Virus record (IMG/VR): IMGVR_UViG_3300035661_000023
Coordinates: 1 to 64,000 of that record
Direction: 5' to 3' (one strand)
Origin: a virus
Length of the DNA stretch: 64,000 bases
Part shown: one piece after another, positions 60,758-64,000 of the stretch
How positions within the stretch are numbered: the stretch's first letter is position 1
Layout: every line of letters starts with the position of its first letter
Made by a program: the position numbers and the translations under genes
Notes under the pieces: model-generated
Databases searched by the model: none
Told to the model about the DNA's origin: nothing
The model's input: the letters and a program-made list of their open reading frames with translations, nothing else

Positions 60758-61416
60758 TTGTTCCACTCCGCCCACATACCTGTTGCTGGGGCATAATATG
60801 CACCGCGATTTTGGTACAGTTTGAACTATCTTTTTACATCGAATTTCAGTTCCAATTTATCAGGCGCAACTGGCATCTCATAGAAATCATTACCCTTTTT
60901 TGAAGCTAATGGGACTCCTCCAGCATTCATGATCTGTTGTGCTATCTTTTCATCATATGAATCCTTAAGGATTCGAACAAAACCGTGTATTTTAACACCT
61001 GGGATCTTGTACAGCTATTGCCAATTACGTCTGCCACCTGCTGTCTATAAATTGTCTGCTGCTATATTGAATCCAAGAATACTCATAGCAATCCCGTAGA
61101 GACTCTTTGCCATACCTCTGCCTCTTAATTCGGGATTGACATGGATTAGAGATGCTACTCTAACAGGCACGGGGTAGTCGGTTGGATACCGATTTGTCAA
61201 TTCTAAGAATCCAGCCTCTACTAACTCTTCTTTTTTAGTGTCAGCATAGATCACAATGACGAGTGTATCACCTCGTTTTTCAGACAACCAAAATAGATCA
61301 GAGCCACCAGGAAGTGGCTTTAGCTTTTTGTCTGTCTTTGCAATCGAGCTCGCCGGTTGTAGTGTGAAAGGATAGACCTTATTGATTTCGTTAAGATATT
61401 CTTTAAACGACAACAT
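60754..61416 (-). CDS. GNAT-like acetyltransferase with a capsid-targeting-like N-terminus
   Basis: MLSFKEYLNE...VNPELRGRGMAKSLY (acetyl-CoA motif A)...DNL*TAGGRRNW. ATGA overlap with the next gene. Confidence 0.7.
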
Positions 61417-61417
61417 G

Positions 61418-62473
61418 TCAACAGAATCGGAGAGTAAATTTCTGCCATTCTTCCTATGAACCACCCATTTTTTCTACACCAGCTCTTGTATTAAGAGCTC
61501 GAACAAAAGAACGAATGTTAGCTGTCTTTTCTGGGATTTTTCTCTTTTTCAGAATTTCGATGATTTCTTTTCGTTCTGCTTCATCCAACTTATAGTCAAC
61601 ATCAAGAGGAATCTTCATACAGATCTTGCCAAGGAAGTCATAGATTTCTTCATTTGTAGGATCGATGTTGATAATATATCCACGAGTACGCAGAGCACCA
61701 TCTGGGTCCAATTTGTTTAGTTGCAGATTGGAAATACCAATGATCTTGCCGGTAAACTCAAATGAACGGGGTAGTTCATCCTGCTCCCCTTCTGAATCCC
61801 AATCATAATCAGCAGCATCAACATAATTCTTGCCACCTTTTTGCCAAGAAATTTTTCTAACTTTTTTAGTATCGGCTGCGGCTTTGAACAAATTCCTAGA
61901 ATCAACATCTAAGAAAGCGCCATCACTGTCGTCAAAAAGTATAATTTCTTTGCGATGCTGAAATAGAATTCTATAGATACCAGCAGTGGACGCAGTGCCT
62001 GTTATTTTTACATACCCATCACCATCTGTTTTACCTGCAGCCTTCAGCTCATCTTCAACGTTTTGCGTTTTACCGGTATTATGGTGATTGATACCATCTG
62101 CGGTTAGATATGTATGCTTCTCCGAATCTACTTCCATGTCGTAGAATTCGGATTCTCCATAAGTAGAAATATCTGCTACTTTTACCGTACCATTAATAGT
62201 TTCAATCTCATCTCCCACAGAAAGATCACGAGCGAATATTTTACCATCTGGAGACATAAAAATATGTTCAGACGAGCATTCTACTGTAGCACCGGAATCA
62301 AATACCACAGATGTCGATCTTCCAGTTTTTACAACAAAACTTTTCACAGGTTTAAAACCATCTTTTGTTTCGATTTTGATCTTAAGATCAGAGATATTAT
62401 AAAAAGTTCCGATGTCTAGCTTACCGAACTTCTCTTCTACCATCTATTTAATTGCCGACAGAGTTGTTTTCAT
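61418..62473 (-). CDS. C-intein (132 aa) fused to the C-extein of a P-loop ATPase
   Basis: MKTTLSAIK*MVEE...VECSSEHIF (block B)...FYDMEV...YLTADGINHHN|TGKT...IILFDDSD (Walker B)...FEFTGKIIGISN...ALRTR. Confidence 0.88.
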
Positions 62474-62566
62474 TTAGTTCTTTCAAATAAGAGATTGAGA
62501 TTATCTTGATTATTTATCAATTCATTCATTTCATCTAAAATAGAGTTGAAATTGGAAATTATAAGT

Positions 62567-63502
62567 TTAACCTATTTGAATATTAATTTCAGTCTTGCCG
62601 GCTAAACAGCCCCCTCTTCCAGAAATGAACAGGGCTTGAGTTGCATTCTACATCAGAAGTTTCATAGCAGTCTTCAAAGAATCTAGCTGCTCCTCGTATG
62701 ACAGACGCTCGATATCTGCTTCAGATGTACCTTCGACTTCAACTTCTTCTTTCTACCCAGGTTGAACAGAGTAAGAAACAACTTCATCATCCCCACTTAC
62801 TGCTGCCAGGATCTTTGCTGCATCTAACTTAGCAACAACTTGTTGATTTACTACATTCTTGGTACCTTCCTTCTGTAGGATGTTTGGGTACATTTTGATA
62901 ATGAGACCGTTGATCATGTTCCAGCCTGCGCCAAATTTCTTTGAACCCCCGGCCTTATATTGATCGTTCATATGAATACCTTGCTTCCATGCTGCAATAA
63001 CGGCAGTGAGAGTCTTGGAAATTTCACCAGAAGAATATCTAGCTTCATTGATTTCAGCTACACGAGTGAAGTCTGTTATCATTGGTATGTGCTGAATCTA
63101 CACAAACTCATTAATGTAGAAACCAGATTTATCTAAACCACCCTGTATTAGGTCTACCACCATTGGGAGAACTTTAATAATCTACTGCTCATGATCTAGT
63201 TTAATATGATGAGATGGGTTTGGCTGTGGAGTCTTAGAACCATCCCAGAAATCGATGGAAACTAGTCCCTGTGAGCCGATTTTACCAACTGTTTTCCAGT
63301 TCATACGTACGGATTTAGCACTCCCTCCATCCATGATAAAGAATCTGACACCAACATGTTGTACACCACCTGATGGAATAAAAACTTCTGGTGTTGGGTA
63401 TGGGAACACTTTATTCCCAAGTTTTGAACGCAGATACTTCATGATTAGAAGTTGCGAGGATGTAAAATCTTTTGAGCGAATTGCTTCGGTAATTAGGTTC
63501 AT
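62567..63502 (-). CDS. N-extein of the P-loop ATPase plus a 13-aa N-intein
   Basis: MNLITEAIRSKD... runs through TAGs to ALFISGRGG|CLAGKTEINIQIG-TAA. Confidence 0.85.
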
Positions 63503-63563
63503 GTTGAAAATATCTCCATCTAATATGTTGATCATGAAGCTATTTAATCAATATCTACTTGCT

Positions 63564-63584
63564 AAAAAGCCCTCCGAAGAGGGC
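63564..63584 (-). terminator. Intrinsic terminator
   Basis: GCCCTC TTCG GAGGGC TTTTT on the minus strand, a UUCG tetraloop hairpin with a U-tract. Confidence 0.8.
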
Positions 63585-63600
63585 AATTATTATGCAATTA

Positions 63601-64000
63601 TCAGATTTTCACAAATGTGATGTGCTGTTCTTTTTCTCTTGGGAGAACTTCACCATACGAATTGCGAATATCACAATTTACATTCCATGCATCACGAAGA
63701 ATACTCAAAGACATATCTGAAAAATGTATCAATGCCGGGACATCTTTGCTAAAACATGCAGATCCAGTTCCAGCTCTTCCATCATGCCCAGGTACAACAC
63801 TATGACTTTGTCCTATGCGAGGGTCACATGTGAATGCATCTCTGACTGTGTCGTAAGCAGCACCATGTTTTTCCATCAATTCTTTCATCTGGTTCCAGAA
63901 AACAACTTTCAATGCAAGATATGAGTTGATGGAATACTTGGTAAATGATGCCTCTTTTGCAGACATTTTCTTCACAGGACATTTATTGCAAATGCTATAT
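63601..64000 (-). CDS. UDP-glucose/GDP-mannose dehydrogenase family, C-terminal part
   Basis: EASFTKYSINSYLALKVVFWNQ...DPRIG.SH..VPG.DG..G.GSACFSKD. Confidence 0.85.
   Translation of the reverse strand, partial: YSICNKCPVKKMSAKEASFTKYSINSYLALKVVFWNQMKELMEKHGAAYDTVRDAFTCDPRIGQSHSVVPGHDGRAGTGSACFSKDVPALIHFSDMSLSILRDAWNVNCDIRNSYGEVLPREKEQHITFVKI

Noticed and set aside
62474-62572. T4 gene 60-style ribosomal hop joining the intein halves
   Set aside because: There is no matching GGN landing codon or take-off hairpin in the spacer, and the downstream half has its own ATG. Multiple stops also exclude a single base-call error.
1-64000. Decayed prophage or mass pseudogenisation as the cause of ORF fragmentation
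   Set aside because: Interruptions are specifically TAG, frames stay intact across them, catalytic motifs are preserved and gene junctions become tight on read-through.
1-64000. Standard phage code 15 (TAG=Gln)
   Set aside because: Most informative sites, including an internal repeat comparison, call for Ser. Only a few fit Gln, and these are recorded as a separate finding.
1-64000. Suppressor tRNA, release factor or CRISPR array within the window
   Set aside because: I saw no cloverleaf or regularly spaced repeat-spacer array by eye. A tRNA scan of the whole genome is needed.

Overview
This 64 kb window comes from a large T4-like myovirus genome. It carries neck, tail-fibre and baseplate genes (gp13, gp8, gp7, gp6, gp25, gp5, gp53, gp48, gp4, gp2, gp54, gp26, gp51), gp32, gp33, nrdA/nrdB, primase, a spanin pair and head-associated proteins. 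The supplied ORF track is badly fragmented because TAG is not a stop codon here. Reading through TAG joins the fragments into full-length, tightly packed genes that end in TAA or TGA. At most informative positions the in-frame TAG falls where serine is expected, not glutamine, so the phage appears to use an amber-to-Ser code. Other notable elements are a 694-nt group I intron with a degenerate endonuclease ORF in the gp32 ssb gene, and a naturally split intein with a 13-residue N-fragment that divides the Walker A motif of an ATPase. The window also has a dispersed hairpin element whose 8-bp core occurs in both orientations, a duplicated early promoter flanking a single gene, tandem Gly-rich adhesin/partner modules, and several gene relics. 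CDS coordinates below assume TAG read-through and were derived by hand. Family assignments come from recalled motifs, not database searches.
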